Source: Rhizophagus irregularis (taxonomy: Eukaryota). From it: a stretch of 64,000 bases of DNA. The notes below the pieces were generated by a model. The model saw only the letters and a program-made list of their open reading frames with translations. It was not told where the DNA came from and made no database searches. The stretch spans positions 6,572,001 to 6,636,000 of the forward strand of contig NC_089429.1 in assembly GCF_026210795.1 (NCBI RefSeq), given 5' to 3'. The position numbers and the translations under genes were made by a program. Of this stretch, positions 14,405 through 26,184 are shown one piece after another; the first letter of the stretch is position 1; every line of letters starts with the position of its first letter.

Positions 14405-14690
14405 TTTTATAATTTTTTTGTTTTTTTCATATAACTGAAGTTTTACCTAGTAGGTTTGCTAGGTAGCATAACTAGGTAAAACTTTAGAATTTTTGAAGTT
14501 TTATTTTTTTGTTTTTTTTTCATGTAACTGAAGTTTTACCTAGTAGGTTAAGCTAGGTAGCATAACTAGGTAAAACTTTAGAATTTTTGAAGTTTTATTT
14601 TTTGGTTTTTTTTCATATAACTGAAGTTTTACCTAGTAGGTTGGTTAGCTAGGTAGCATAACTAGGTAAAACTTTAGAATTTTTGAAAAG
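14405..14690. repeat. Three ~95-bp tandem units, each with a 14-bp-stem hairpin
   Basis: Each unit contains AAGTTTTACCTAGT-(19-24 nt)-ACTAGGTAAAACTT. Confidence 0.9.
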
Positions 14691-15069
14691 TTTTAAGGTT
14701 GCCGGGTGGCATGATAAACTTTTCTTCTAATAAATAATAAAAAAAATTAAATAAATTTTTCATAAAAATTTTTAATAATTGCAATCTTAATTTATTAATG
14801 TGGATTTTTATCAAATATCTTAGTAATACTTAAATATGCAATCATGTATATATTATAGGTATAATTAAAGTACTATGATTTCATATAAAATGGACTTAGT
14901 GTCTTAATTTACGTTAAATAATCAACCAGAAAACATTGATAAAAGTTTTTTGCATACCAATGAAATACTGTAGTTCGGTAAATTTACTACCATACCTGTA
15001 AATTCCATATTTATATTAAAGAAAAAAGAAAATAAATGATAGCAAAATATTTGCGAGATTAATAGATCT

Positions 15070-15790
15070 AAATCACGATTGTTAAAGAAAAATTCGCAAG
15101 AATTTTTCTTGATACTGCTTAATTTTTGTGATACCGCTTAATTTTTAAAGTTTAAATGTGATACCGCTTATTTTAATTTCGATTAATAAATTACACGTTA
15201 TTAAGAAAAATTCGCAAGAATTTTTCTTAATGCTGCTTAATTTTTAAAGTTTAAAAATGTGATACTGCTTATTTTAATTTCGATTAATAAATTAAAGTCA
15301 CGTTCTTAAGAAAAATTCGCAAGAATTTTTCTTAATACTGCTTAATTTTTGTGATACCATGCTTAATTCCCCGATTAATAAAATTGAAATCACGTTTTTA
15401 AGAAAAATTTGCGAGAATTTTCCTTGATACTGCTTAATTCTAATTCAGCTAATTTAGTATTAAGGTTTTAATTTAAAAATTACGCAGTATCTAATTAAAT
15501 CGTTCAGATACACTAAATTTTTTTTTTTTTTGCGAACAAAAAAAAAAAATTTCAAATTCAAAAAAAAAACGAGTTTTTTTTAGTATGTTTTAGTCGTTAT
15601 CAAGAAAAATTCGCGAGAATTTTCCTTGATACTGCTTAATTCTAATTCAGCTAATTTAGTATTAAGGTTCTATCAAAGAATTTCTCACGAATTTTTCTTG
15701 ATGATCGTGATTTTTAATTTATAAATCAGACTTTTGAACTTTAAAATTAAGCAAGTATGAAGGAAATTTCTTGCGAATTTTTGTTATAAA
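15070..15790. repeat. Array of 26-bp dyad motif AAGAAAAATTC-GC(A/G)A-GAATTTTTCTT (type A)
   Basis: Copies at ~15085, 15203, 15308, 15400 and 15602 have flanks like aatcacg..tt / gatactgctta. Inverted copies lie at ~15675 and ~15760, with a further inverted copy at ~22863. Confidence 0.85.
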
Positions 15791-16770
15791 TCAGACTTCT
15801 GATGGATTTTTTATATGATCACGTGAAATTATATATTTATACAGTTTACAGTAGGGATCGGCATCGCGCATGAATAGAAACCGTGCCCGACCTGCTAGAT
15901 CATATGGAGATGATGTAATTTTTATTTGTGAAACTAAGGATATTGTTTGTTGTTTGAATCGTTACCAATTACATTTAAAGATAACTCTATACTTATAAAA
16001 GATGATCGTGAAATCATATGAAATAAAATTTGTATATAAGGGGAATTTTCTTGATATTCTCACGGATAGTGGGATCACTGCATCCAAGTTTGATTCAAGT
16101 TTTAATAAGAGGAAAAAAAAAATTTTTCCTCTGCCATTTAATTAAAAAGATGAGTAAAAAAGACTATCAATATGAGTATATTAAAAGGCAAAACCGTCAG
16201 TTTGCGCTGTGATATTCACAAAATAAATATTACATATATGAGAGTATTATTGACCATAATTAGATAATTAAATTGGTAATTTAAATTTATTTTAATAAAT
16301 AAAACACCCCTTTGATTTTTAGATCAATTCGAGACAATTAATTTTTTTCTCTAAATTTTTAGATCGATTCAACACCCTTATTGACCATAATTAGATTGTA
16401 ATTAAATTTATTTTAATAAATAAAACATCCCCTTGATTTTTTAGATCAATTCGAGTTTATTAAATAGACACCCTTTACAATTAATTTTTTCTCTGGATTT
16501 TTAAATCGATTCAACACCCTTATAATTAATTTTTTCTGATTTTTATCGATTTAACATCTTTAACATTAATTTTCTTCCTTCAATTTTTTCCTCAAAAATC
16601 ACCCTTATAATTAATTTTTTCTTTAATTTTTTATCAATTTAACATCTTTAACACTAATTTTCTTCCTTCAATTTTTTCCTCAAACTTCCTTCATTTTTCC
16701 TTCAATTTTTTCCTCAAACTTCCTTCAATTTTTTCTTCTTCCTTCAATTTTTTCCTCAAAAATCTCAAAA

Positions 16771-18168
16771 ATGGATTCAATCGACAAAGAAAGTAAATTA
16801 AAAGAAATTAGTATGTAATGAATGAGATATATAAATTTATGTTTTTTATTTATGTATTATAAGTTTTTTTTTATTTACTTAATAATTTTTCCAAAAGAAC
16901 AAAATTTAATAAGGTTCGCCTCAAAGACATTTAAAGAGATGAAAGAATTAGAAATTAGATCTCTTAATATTTCTAATTCAAACGCTATATTAGAAAATAA
17001 TGATATTGGGATATTCCGAATTCATTTTGGAGAAAACGATTTTAATGAAATTGATGAAGAAGAAGTTGATTCAAAAAAACAGTCAATCACAATAAAAAAT
17101 AAAAAAGTTAATAATTTTTTTATACTTTTAATTCATTAAGATTCTATTCATTTTGACAATATATTAATTATGCATTGTTATGCGCAGAAACCACTTTTAT
17201 CATCTCCGGCTATTACGATGGCAAGGAATCTACAAGAATTATTACTAAATATCGATAAACTCCCAGATCAACAATCTTTTACGATGAACCCAACAAAATT
17301 CACAATAATTGAATCATATGTACAATTTTTGTTGAACAAATTAAAAAGTTCTTCAACAAAAGAAGCTTTTGTTGAAGAACTTAGATGTAATAATGACAAT
17401 TTCTTAGAAATCGGTCTACCTCCTAATAATGAAAATTTAAAAGATAATTTTGAGATTACCTCAGAGGTAAATTTGTTAAAAATGGAGGAATCTTCCTTCG
17501 AACGAAGTAAGGAAGAAATAATAAAAGCGCTGGTCGCTCAATTAATATCAATTTATGACAATGTTCTTCAGGAATATATTGAAGCAGAGATTAATAGACG
17601 AAATGGATTTCGTAATTATTTGAATTTTTTAAAGATTTATAAAAAAATCGAAATATTTTGTAATATATACAAAATCAGATTGAAAGGTCAAACAATAAAA
17701 AATCAAACAAATACCAAAATTGTCGATTATAGCGAACAAAAAATTAAATTAACAACTCTCACCATCACTCTCAGAGCAGCAAAAAGAATTGATAGGCTAT
17801 TAAGTCTTTCCAATAAAAATTTTCTCATTGTTGACATATTTCCTAATTTAGATGTAGCTTTTTTTAAATCGTCGTCAATTAATGTCGCTGCATATGAATG
17901 TTGGCTGAAGATCATAGAAACAGGGGAAATAATTTCAGAGGAGCAAGAATACGAAATCTATCAACAAAAAAAGAAGGAGGAGAATTCATTAAGAGAAAAT
18001 ATTCTTAAACAAGTGTATGAATCGGCGGGATATGAATCGGCGGAATATTATTACATTGATGAAGAATCACCAAGATACTATCCTGATAACGACAATCCTG
18101 ATAATGAAGAATCACCAAGATATTATCCCGATAACGAAGAATCTATTCTTCCTATGGATGAATCTTAA
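16771..18168 (+). CDS. Hypothetical protein, ~409 aa, join(16771..16810,16898..17106,17188..18168)
   Basis: The ATG exon MDSIDKESKLKEI and two phase-compatible GT-AG introns join ORFs 16822-17139 and 17170-18168. The acidic C-terminus has a duplicated EESPRYYPDN. No domain recognised. Confidence 0.75.
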
Positions 18169-18169
18169 C

Positions 18170-18520
18170 TCTTTTCTCCGCTTCCTTTCTCTCTTCTTCT
18201 CTCCCTTTTTCGTTATTTTCCTACTTTCCTCCCTTCTTCTCTCTCTCCTTCGCTCGTATCCTCCCTTTCTTCTTTTTCTCCTTTTTCGCTCTTTTCTTAT
18301 CTTGTTTCCTTCTTCTCTCCTTCTTCGTTCTTTTTCTCCCTTCCCTTTCCTTCCTCCTTCCTTTTCCTCTTTCATTTCCCTTCCCTTCCCTTCCTCCTTC
18401 CTTTTCCTCTTTAATTTCACCAGTAGAATCCATTATTTTTTTGATTTTTTGTTCCTCGGCACTTGGTACTGATTTCGTCCGTTTCTTTGGCTCTCTTTTG
18501 ACGCTTTCTTTCACGTTCAT
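18170..18520 (-). repeat. Polypyrimidine low-complexity tract; possible decayed K/E/R-rich coding exon on minus strand
   Basis: Almost pure C/T on the + strand from 18170 to 18415. Overlapping K/E/R-rich ORFs occur in two minus frames. Confidence 0.5.
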
Positions 18521-19321
18521 GTTTAAGTCATTGTTTGGGTGTTTTTCTCCTTTTGTTATTTCATTTCTCGGGTTAGTACTTTGATATCCATTTTATTATA
18601 ATTTTTAAATGTAAAAGTTTATGCGAAGCGCATGGGAATTTTATATCTGATTTTTTTATCTTAATTTTTATAGTCGTCATCTTTACTTTAAAGTACAAAA
18701 TTAGAAATACAATCGCCACTGGTTACAAACCTGGATATACCAAAAACTCGTTATATCGAACCAAATAGTGCAGAACTATTTATCCAAAACTCGTGTTTGT
18801 TTGATCAAATATATTATATACTGAATGATCACGTGAATTAAAATTGTATAATCTTTTTCTTTATTGGAATACAAAATTTAAAAAAAACCCGATATTAACA
18901 CAATATATCAACAAAGAAAAGGGATTATGTCAACAAATCTTGTGTTACAATATTTTGCTGTGCAAATGCAACCCCGTGTTATGAAAAATGTTAACTACAA
19001 AAACCTTCCCGTTCATTATTTTTGGAATAAGAAGGCGTGAATGCAAGTTAGTATTTTAATGAAATTCTTCTTGAACTTAATCTCTTGAACTTAATGCATG
19101 AAATTCTTCTAATATATATTTATTTCTTTTATTTCTTAGTTTTGATGGAAAAATTGATGACCTTGATATGTTGATTTCTAGCTGATATTAACGCGTATGG
19201 ATATGTTCATATTGAGGATGAAATGCTAGAGGGTGGACTTACTGATGAAGAAATTGTTGATAGGGTATGAATACAAAAATGAAATAACTTATTTATACCA
19301 GAAAAAGTTACTTTGGCAGTA

Positions 19322-22300
19322 CAGTCAACTCTCTCTATAGTCACACATTTGGGACAACCCATTTTCCGTGATTATAAAGAGATGTGACTATAAACAAAAA
19401 AAATTTTTTTTTGTATATTTTAATAATAAACATATTATAAAAACATGTGTGATAATTTATTTTAATGTATTTATTGTAATTTATTATAAAATTAAAATTT
19501 AAACCCTAATTATACTAATTATATTATTATTAGTTATTATAAAATCCCAAAATCAATTTATACAATATTAATAGTATTTAACTATAAGAAAAATAAGTTT
19601 CAATTGACTTCTGTTGTAAAGAACTACTATAACGAAATTTTAAATCTGAAGCATAATATCTAAAAAGTTTAAGATCTTCCATTTTACAACTATTATCAAT
19701 AGGTTGCTGTTCATAAAAAAGAATTACCTTTTTAATTGCATCAAAAGCTTCTTTTGGTAAAACTTTTGGAGTTAATTCCTCTTCATTATCAGTATTATCT
19801 TCTGCAGCAGGCACTTCTTCATTTTGCACAAGATTTATAATTTGTGTATCATTCAAGATTTCTTTGGTATGTGGAGAAATTTCATCATTAATATAATTCA
19901 TTAAATCATATTGTACCTTATTATAATTATCAATGAAAATAGTTGGAATGATATTAGGAATTTCATTAACAAGTACACCCAATCCTCGTACAGCATCTTG
20001 TGTTTCTTGAATAAATTCAGAATCAGAAATAGATACAATTCCAGTTTCATTCCAACAATTGCATATAGTTTTCTGTTCTACACTTTCCCAGGCTTCAGCA
20101 ACAAAATCAATTGCTTGTTTAATATTTAATTTGTTTCTATACTTAAAAAAATTATCAGTAAACATAAAAAAATACAAAATTATAAAAAAATAAATACTTG
20201 CCTATGTACATCAAAACCTTGTTCAAATTGTTCAATTAAATGTCGAATATATAACTGCTTGTATTTAACCTATTTTATGCGATAATTTAAAATTGATCAC
20301 ATGATTACACATCACGTAACTATGCATCATGTAACTATACCTTAAAGTTTTGAATTATTCCGGCATCCATCGGCTGAAGTTTTGATGTTGTATTTGGTGG
20401 AAGAAACACGATTTGAATATTAGTAAGTTGAAGATTATCTTTTTTTCCTCCCCTATTATCTCCTTTTCTTTTTGAATTTTGGCTTGAAGATTCTTCAGAT
20501 TCATCACTAAAATCATTCTCATCATCATCACTATAATCATCATTATCATCATTATAATCATCATCATAATCATCATCGCTATCACAATCATCAATTTCAT
20601 CATTTTCATCAGAAGAAATGACAAATTTGTGTGATGCAGCATTATCAATAATTAAAACTACATGTCGGCCTTGAAGTCGGAATTCACGATCCAATTCACT
20701 CACCCATCCATTAAAAATATCATTTCTCATCCAAGCTTTTTTGTTTGCTTTATATGTAACTGGAAGCCGCGAAACCTGTATGCCATAAAAAGCCCGTGGT
20801 CTTAATGACTTTCCAATCACTAATGGTTTCAGTTTATGATTTCCAGATGCATTCGATGCTAACATCACAGTTACTCTAGTTTTATCCTATAAAATAAATA
20901 ATAAAATTGAATTTAGAACATCCGACTTTTATTTTATTAAATGTAATTTAAATAATAATATTGAAAAATAAAAATAAAAATCGTAATAATTAAAGTTTTA
21001 TTATTAATAAAAGATTGATATTTATCAATAACAATTAAATTTTCATGCCAGAATTTAAAATTAAATAAATAAATAAATTTTTTTTCCTCTAAATTTTTCT
21101 ATAAAAATATCAAAATGTTTATCGATAAAAAAAAAGATATTTACCGACAAATAAAAATATTAAGTTATAAAAGTTTAAAAGAATGTTTATCGATAAAAAA
21201 GAGATAAAAAAAGAATGTTTATCGATAAATAGAAATGATTATTGATATAAAAAGAAATGATTATCGATAATAAAAAAAAAAGAATAATGTATCGATAAAA
21301 AAGAAATGGCTGATAAAAAAAAGAAATGTTTATCGATAAAAAAATATACTTTATCGATAAAAAGGATAAAAAAAGGGACGTTTATCGATAAAAAATATAA
21401 AAATCTTAGTAAAAAAATAAAAAATATTTTATCGATAAGAAAAAAATTAAAATAAATAAAATGAAAAAAAAAAGATTTTTTTCGGATTTTCAGATTTTCT
21501 AATAAAGCGAAAAAAAATTTTTTTTTCTAATTAATATTATAAAAAAGTATTGATAAATATTATAAATATTATCAATAAAAATTAAAAATTTTAAAAAAAA
21601 TTATTATAATTTTAATAAACTAACTCCCTCCGGAAATAACCCAAAATCAAAAAAAAAATTGTTATAATTTTAATAAACTCCCTCCCTCCGGAAAACCCAA
21701 AATCAAAAAAAAAAACTAATAAACCTTTTTAGTTCTACTGACGGGTCCTTGTGCAAGAGTTTCGTTAGGAGACATACGAAAAAATAGTCCTGTCTCATCT
21801 GCATTATAGATATCATTAGGATTATATCGTCTTAAGATGCGTCGAAGCCGTTCTCTTTCTTGAGATAACGTTTCTAATGGAGCACTTGCCGATTCCCCAT
21901 GAAGTTTACGACGTCGAAGGCCATTTTTTTTTTTAAAACGCATGAGCCAGCCATTTGAAAAAGTTAAAGTATTCTCAGACAATCCTAAACCATGTGCAAA
22001 AAACATAGCTTTTTCCTTTAAAATTGCGTCTGAGATGAACATTCGGCTACTAAGAGCCTGACCAACCCAAATTCTCAAAGCTTCATTTAGCTGTAGAACT
22101 TTAACTTGACGTGAACGTTTTGAAAGAGCATAAACACTATTATCTTCTATTGCCAAAAATTCCTCTTTCTTTTTTAATATCTTGGAAATTGTTGATCTAT
22201 CCATGTTTTTAGCCCATTGAATATTAAAAAATGAAGCAATTTCAGTTTGGCTTTTTCCAGGATGCTTACTAGCATAAACACAAATCTCTTTACATTGTAT

Positions 22301-22648
22301 TTTAGTTAGAGAAGAGCGAGTTTTTTTTGTAGATTTTGAAGGTGGCATACTAAAATGTAAAAACGCGTTAGATATTAAAAACGCTAAACTTCTTTTAGAT
22401 ATTAAAAAAGATTATCATTATATAATCTAGATATCAAATTTATATCAGTAAAAAATATTCACGTGACTACGTGACTATAGACGATACTTTTTAATATAAG
22501 ATTTTTAAGGATAGGTGTGATAGTGACTATAGATAGATTGTGACTATATAGGATAAATTTTAATAATAAAGTGTTTTGAACAGCTGACTGGTGTGACTAT
22601 ATAGTAGAATGTGACTATAACGGGAGTAACTATAGAGGGAGTTGACTG
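19322..22648 (-). mobile_element. Complete pogo/Tigger-like DNA transposon, 3327 bp
   Basis: 23-bp TIRs CAGTCAACTC(T/C)CTCTATAGT(C/T)AC with 2 mismatches. TA TSDs at 19320-21 and 22649-50. Subterminal GTGACTATA repeats. Contains an intact transposase. Confidence 0.95.
19578..22348 (-). CDS. pogo/Tigger (CENP-B-like) transposase, ~598 aa, complement(join(19578..20136,20202..20269,20341..20886,21725..22348))
   Basis: N-terminal psq/CENP-B HTHs ('DRSTISKILKKK', 'FSNGWLMRFKKK'). Catalytic motifs 'YNADETGLF', 'IIDNAASH' and 'FLPPNTTSKLQPMDAGII', plus a C-terminal 'AW...TICNCW...G'. Splicing restores 'TKK|DKTRVTVMLASNASG'. No stops or frameshifts in the model. Confidence 0.93.
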
Positions 22649-23399
22649 TAGTTAAAAGATTTATAAATGAATCTATAAGATTTTTATACGCAGAAGTGGG
22701 TAAAGAATTAAATAATATAATATAATAATAAAGATAATTCATAATTCACCTTAATTATTTTTAATCATGTAATTTGATTTTATTGGTAGAATTTATATAC
22801 CGCGTTATATCCAGTGACGACCGCAATCTCAATTTTATTAATCGAAAAAAATAAGTAGTACCAAGAAAATTCTCAGAAAATTTTCTTGATGATCACAATT
22901 AATTGGATTTAAATTTAAAAATTGTCAATCGTAATTTCAATTTCAATTTCAATTTATTTATTAATCAGCCTTTGAAAAATAAGGCCCATCAATTTCTAAA
23001 AATAGCTAAACGCGAATTTAATTTTAATGATTATTCTGTTATATTAACAAAATTGATCAATTTGCGCTTTTTTCTAACAATAATAGTTAGATAATATAAA
23101 ATAGATAGTCATAACGCTATTATGTAATAATAAAAGAGTGATTTCTAATTAAACTCAATTCCAATTGTTTGTTTGTAAATTCTAATCGTTTGATTGTGAC
23201 GTAAATCATGATTATCTTCCGATTTCTGAAACTATTTTTCACAAATATATACTGTATTGATATTGATGGACTGAAATTTAAAATGCCCCATGATTTTTTA
23301 GAAAACAACTTATTAGCATAGCGGCCAATCACAAAGATAGCACTGAAAATATAAGATCAGCTGATACTAACAACTGTGATCTGTATATGGTGATTAAGA

Positions 23400-23640
23400 C
23401 CGATTAGAATCACGATTGTTAAGAAAAATTCTTGGGAATTTTTCTTGATACTGCTTATTTTAAAGTTTAAAGACCGATTAGCAAACTGAAATCACGATTT
23501 CAAGAAAAATTCTCGCGAATTTTTCTTGATACTGCTTATTTTTAAAGTTTAAAGACCGATTAGTAAACTAAAATCACGATTTTAAGAAAAATTCTCACGA
23601 ATTTTTCTTGATACAGACTGATTAGTAAATTGAAATCACG
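23400..23640. repeat. Left array of dyad motif (type B), 3 copies at ~81-bp period
   Basis: aatcacgatt..AAGAAAAATTC-TCGC-GAATTTTTCTT-gatactgctta at ~23421, 23502 and 23584. It is the reverse complement of the 26.2-26.7 kb array. Confidence 0.85.
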
Positions 23641-23819
23641 ATTTTTAAATATGATTGTCTATATTTGACTAACTTTAATAATGATTGATCATTTTGCTAG
23701 AATTGTTAATTTTAGATACATAGTATGATATTATCGATACTTTTGCAATTGTAACGGATTTTGAAATCTATTATAAAATAGTTTTTTTAGTTAAATAAAT
23801 CATTTCGACTTTTTAGTAA

Positions 23820-24105
23820 CTTTAGATAGTATAGAGTTATATTTGTGATCGAATTTTCTTTGTTAACGGTACACGTTTCTCTAGAGTCATACCATAGATA
23901 GTATAGAGTCATATTTGTGATCGAATTTTCTTTGTTAACGGTACGCGTTTCTCTAGAATCACGATTGTTCACAATTTAGTTACCCTAGATAGTATAGAGT
24001 CATATTTGTGATCGAATTTTCTTTGTTAACGGTACGCGTTTCTCTGAGTCACGATTGTTCATAAATAAATGTGATTGAATTTTCTGTTAATGGTACGCAT
24101 TTCTC
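23820..24105. repeat. ~75-90-bp tandem repeat, 3 copies plus a partial
   Basis: tagatagtatagagtcatatttgtgatcgaattttctttgttaacggtacgcgtttctct recurs at ~23823, ~23896 and ~23986. Confidence 0.9.
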
Positions 24106-24194
24106 CATCATTCATACATTTTGCATTTATCATTTACGTATTCTTTCTTATTTTTACGTGTTCTCATTCATATTCGTATGTTTACGTCAAAAAA

Positions 24195-25678
24195 ATGAAT
24201 CAACAAGAAGAAATTTCCTTGATCAAAAAACAAAATGAACTCATCTTGGAAAGATTAAAGTATAATAGATTTTTTATAAGAATAAATTTAAATGAATATT
24301 ATTACTAATGAGTTATTTTTTAAAGTTCTTTAGATGATGGTACTTTTGCTGTGTTGTCCACAAATATTCGCAGACCTTCTACGTCGTCCGCAACCTCTCC
24401 CGTTGACATGTCATCTTTATCAGCTCGTGAAAATATTCGCAGACCTTCTACGTCATCCACAACCTTCCCCGTTGACGTGTCATCTTTATTAGCTCATGGA
24501 AATTCTTGCAGACCCTCTACGTCGTCCACAACCTCTCCTGTTGATGTGTCATCTTTATCAGCTCGTGGAAATATTCGCAGACCCTCTACGTCGTCCACAA
24601 CCTTTCCCGTTGACGTAAGTTATTAATATAAGTCTAATCATACTTTTTAAAAAAAAAATTCAATTTTGTAAAAAAACTAAAAAAACTAATAATGTATGAT
24701 ATGTATGATTAAAAGACACACAATAAAAGTTTTGTTGCAAAACCAAAAAAAAATACATATCTAAGTTAGATATGATAAGTACGTTAGATATAACGAATGA
24801 AATGTATACGTTGTGTATGGTACGTATATACATTAAATAATAATTGAATTTTCATACAAACAAGGCTTTTTGTAATAAATTAATAATCAATAAAACTAGT
24901 CGTCAATGAGAATATGTGCAGATTATCATCTTGATTATAATTTGTCATATAAAGACATACACAAAAACATTTTATTTAAAATAATCGAAAAGGTATTTAT
25001 TTTTATTTACTTTAATCAATATGTTTATAGAATAAATATATAATATTTATAGAATAATTTTATAATTATTTTTTTTAGTTTAAAATAAAAACTAAGGATC
25101 TTAACATTTCGCTTGGATACAATGATTGGTTTGCATACAAGCTATTAAAAAAACACGTTCAGCACGTTCGTAAGTATTTCTTTTTTTATTAATATAATAC
25201 AAATTAAATATGATTTTTTAAAAAATCAAAAAATATAATTTATATTTATATAATCAAAGGCGACCACAAAGCAAAAACAATAAATGGATATTTCACGAAA
25301 AGAACCCGAAGCAGAGGTGAGGAGAGGCCAGTGGAAAAAAACGTAGAAGAAAGCGGTGGTGATAAAGAAGAGAGAGAAAGTAAAGGTGAAGAAGCAGCAG
25401 CAGAAATTGAAATTCGGGATGATTTCAATTCTAAAGAAGCAGCAGCAGAAATTGAAATTCGGGATGATTCCGATTCTAAAGAAGCAGCAGCAGAAATTGA
25501 AATTCGGGATGACTCCGATTCTGATATAGACGAAGATTTAGAACGTCAACTCTTAAATTTATTTCGTAAAAGATATAAAAAAACAGGCGGAACAGATAGT
25601 AGTAAGGATGAAGAATTAGAACGCAATCTTATACGTGAAATAAGAAGTAAGTACGAGCGTAAAAAGAGGGAGAGATAA
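24195..25678 (+). pseudogene. Multi-exon hypothetical gene (about 6 exons) with internal peptide repeats, probably frameshifted
   Basis: Exon 1 24195-24259 (MNQQEEISLIKKQNELILERL). Exon 2 24326-24614 has a 23-aa S/T-rich repeat x~4 (NIRRPSTSSTTxPVDVSSLSAR). Further GT-AG-bounded exons at ~24716-24819, ~24901-24992, ~25079-25169 and ~25260-25678 (15-aa KEAAAEIEIRDDSDS x3). Apparent 1-nt shift in an A-run at ~24750; one junction phase is unresolved. Confidence 0.6.
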
Positions 25679-26184
25679 CTACAACAACAAAAAATACTAC
25701 TACAACAACAATAACGAAAACAGCAGCAGGAAGAAAAAGAAAAAGAAGTTGAAGAAAAAGAGAAAGAAATTGAAGAAAAAGAGAAAGAAATAGAAGAAAA
25801 AGAGAAAGAAATAAAAGAAAAAAAAATGAAACAGCCACAAGTAATAATTTTTCTGTATATTAATTAATTAATTTAAGTATTAAAAATAACTTATTTTTAT
25901 CATTTTTTCTTAAGGAGGTAGACGTACCTTATGCAAAAGGACAGTGACGGCCAATAAGGCCAATAAAAAAGCGAGGGCCAATAGAAAAAGATAATGAAAA
26001 AAATAAAGGTAAATAACATTACGCAAAAGGACAGTGATGGCCAATAAAAAAGATAATGAAAAAATAAAAAATAAAAAGTAAATAGTTAAATATGTTTGTA
26101 ATAAACAACTCATTTTTATAAAAAAAATTATTAATGAACTGAAATAAATAATAATAGTAATTTTTATATTTAATTGGCTTTTGA

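Larger units (their letters stand above)
18710..22823 (+). mobile_element. Old, deleted pogo-family element interrupted by the younger Tigger-like element
   Basis: Degenerate TIRs CAATCGCCACTGGTTACAA (18710, after TA) and rc CGGTCGTCACTGGATATAA (ends 22823). Remnant transposase C-terminus 'YVHIEDEMLEGGLTDEEIVD' (~19202), and 'PEKVTLAV|VKRFINESIRFLY' continues in frame across the insertion. Confidence 0.65.

Noticed and set aside
18017..18472. Hydrophobic F/L/S-rich 151-aa ORF as a membrane protein
   Set aside because: It is the translation of a polypyrimidine low-complexity tract overlapping a real CDS in another frame.
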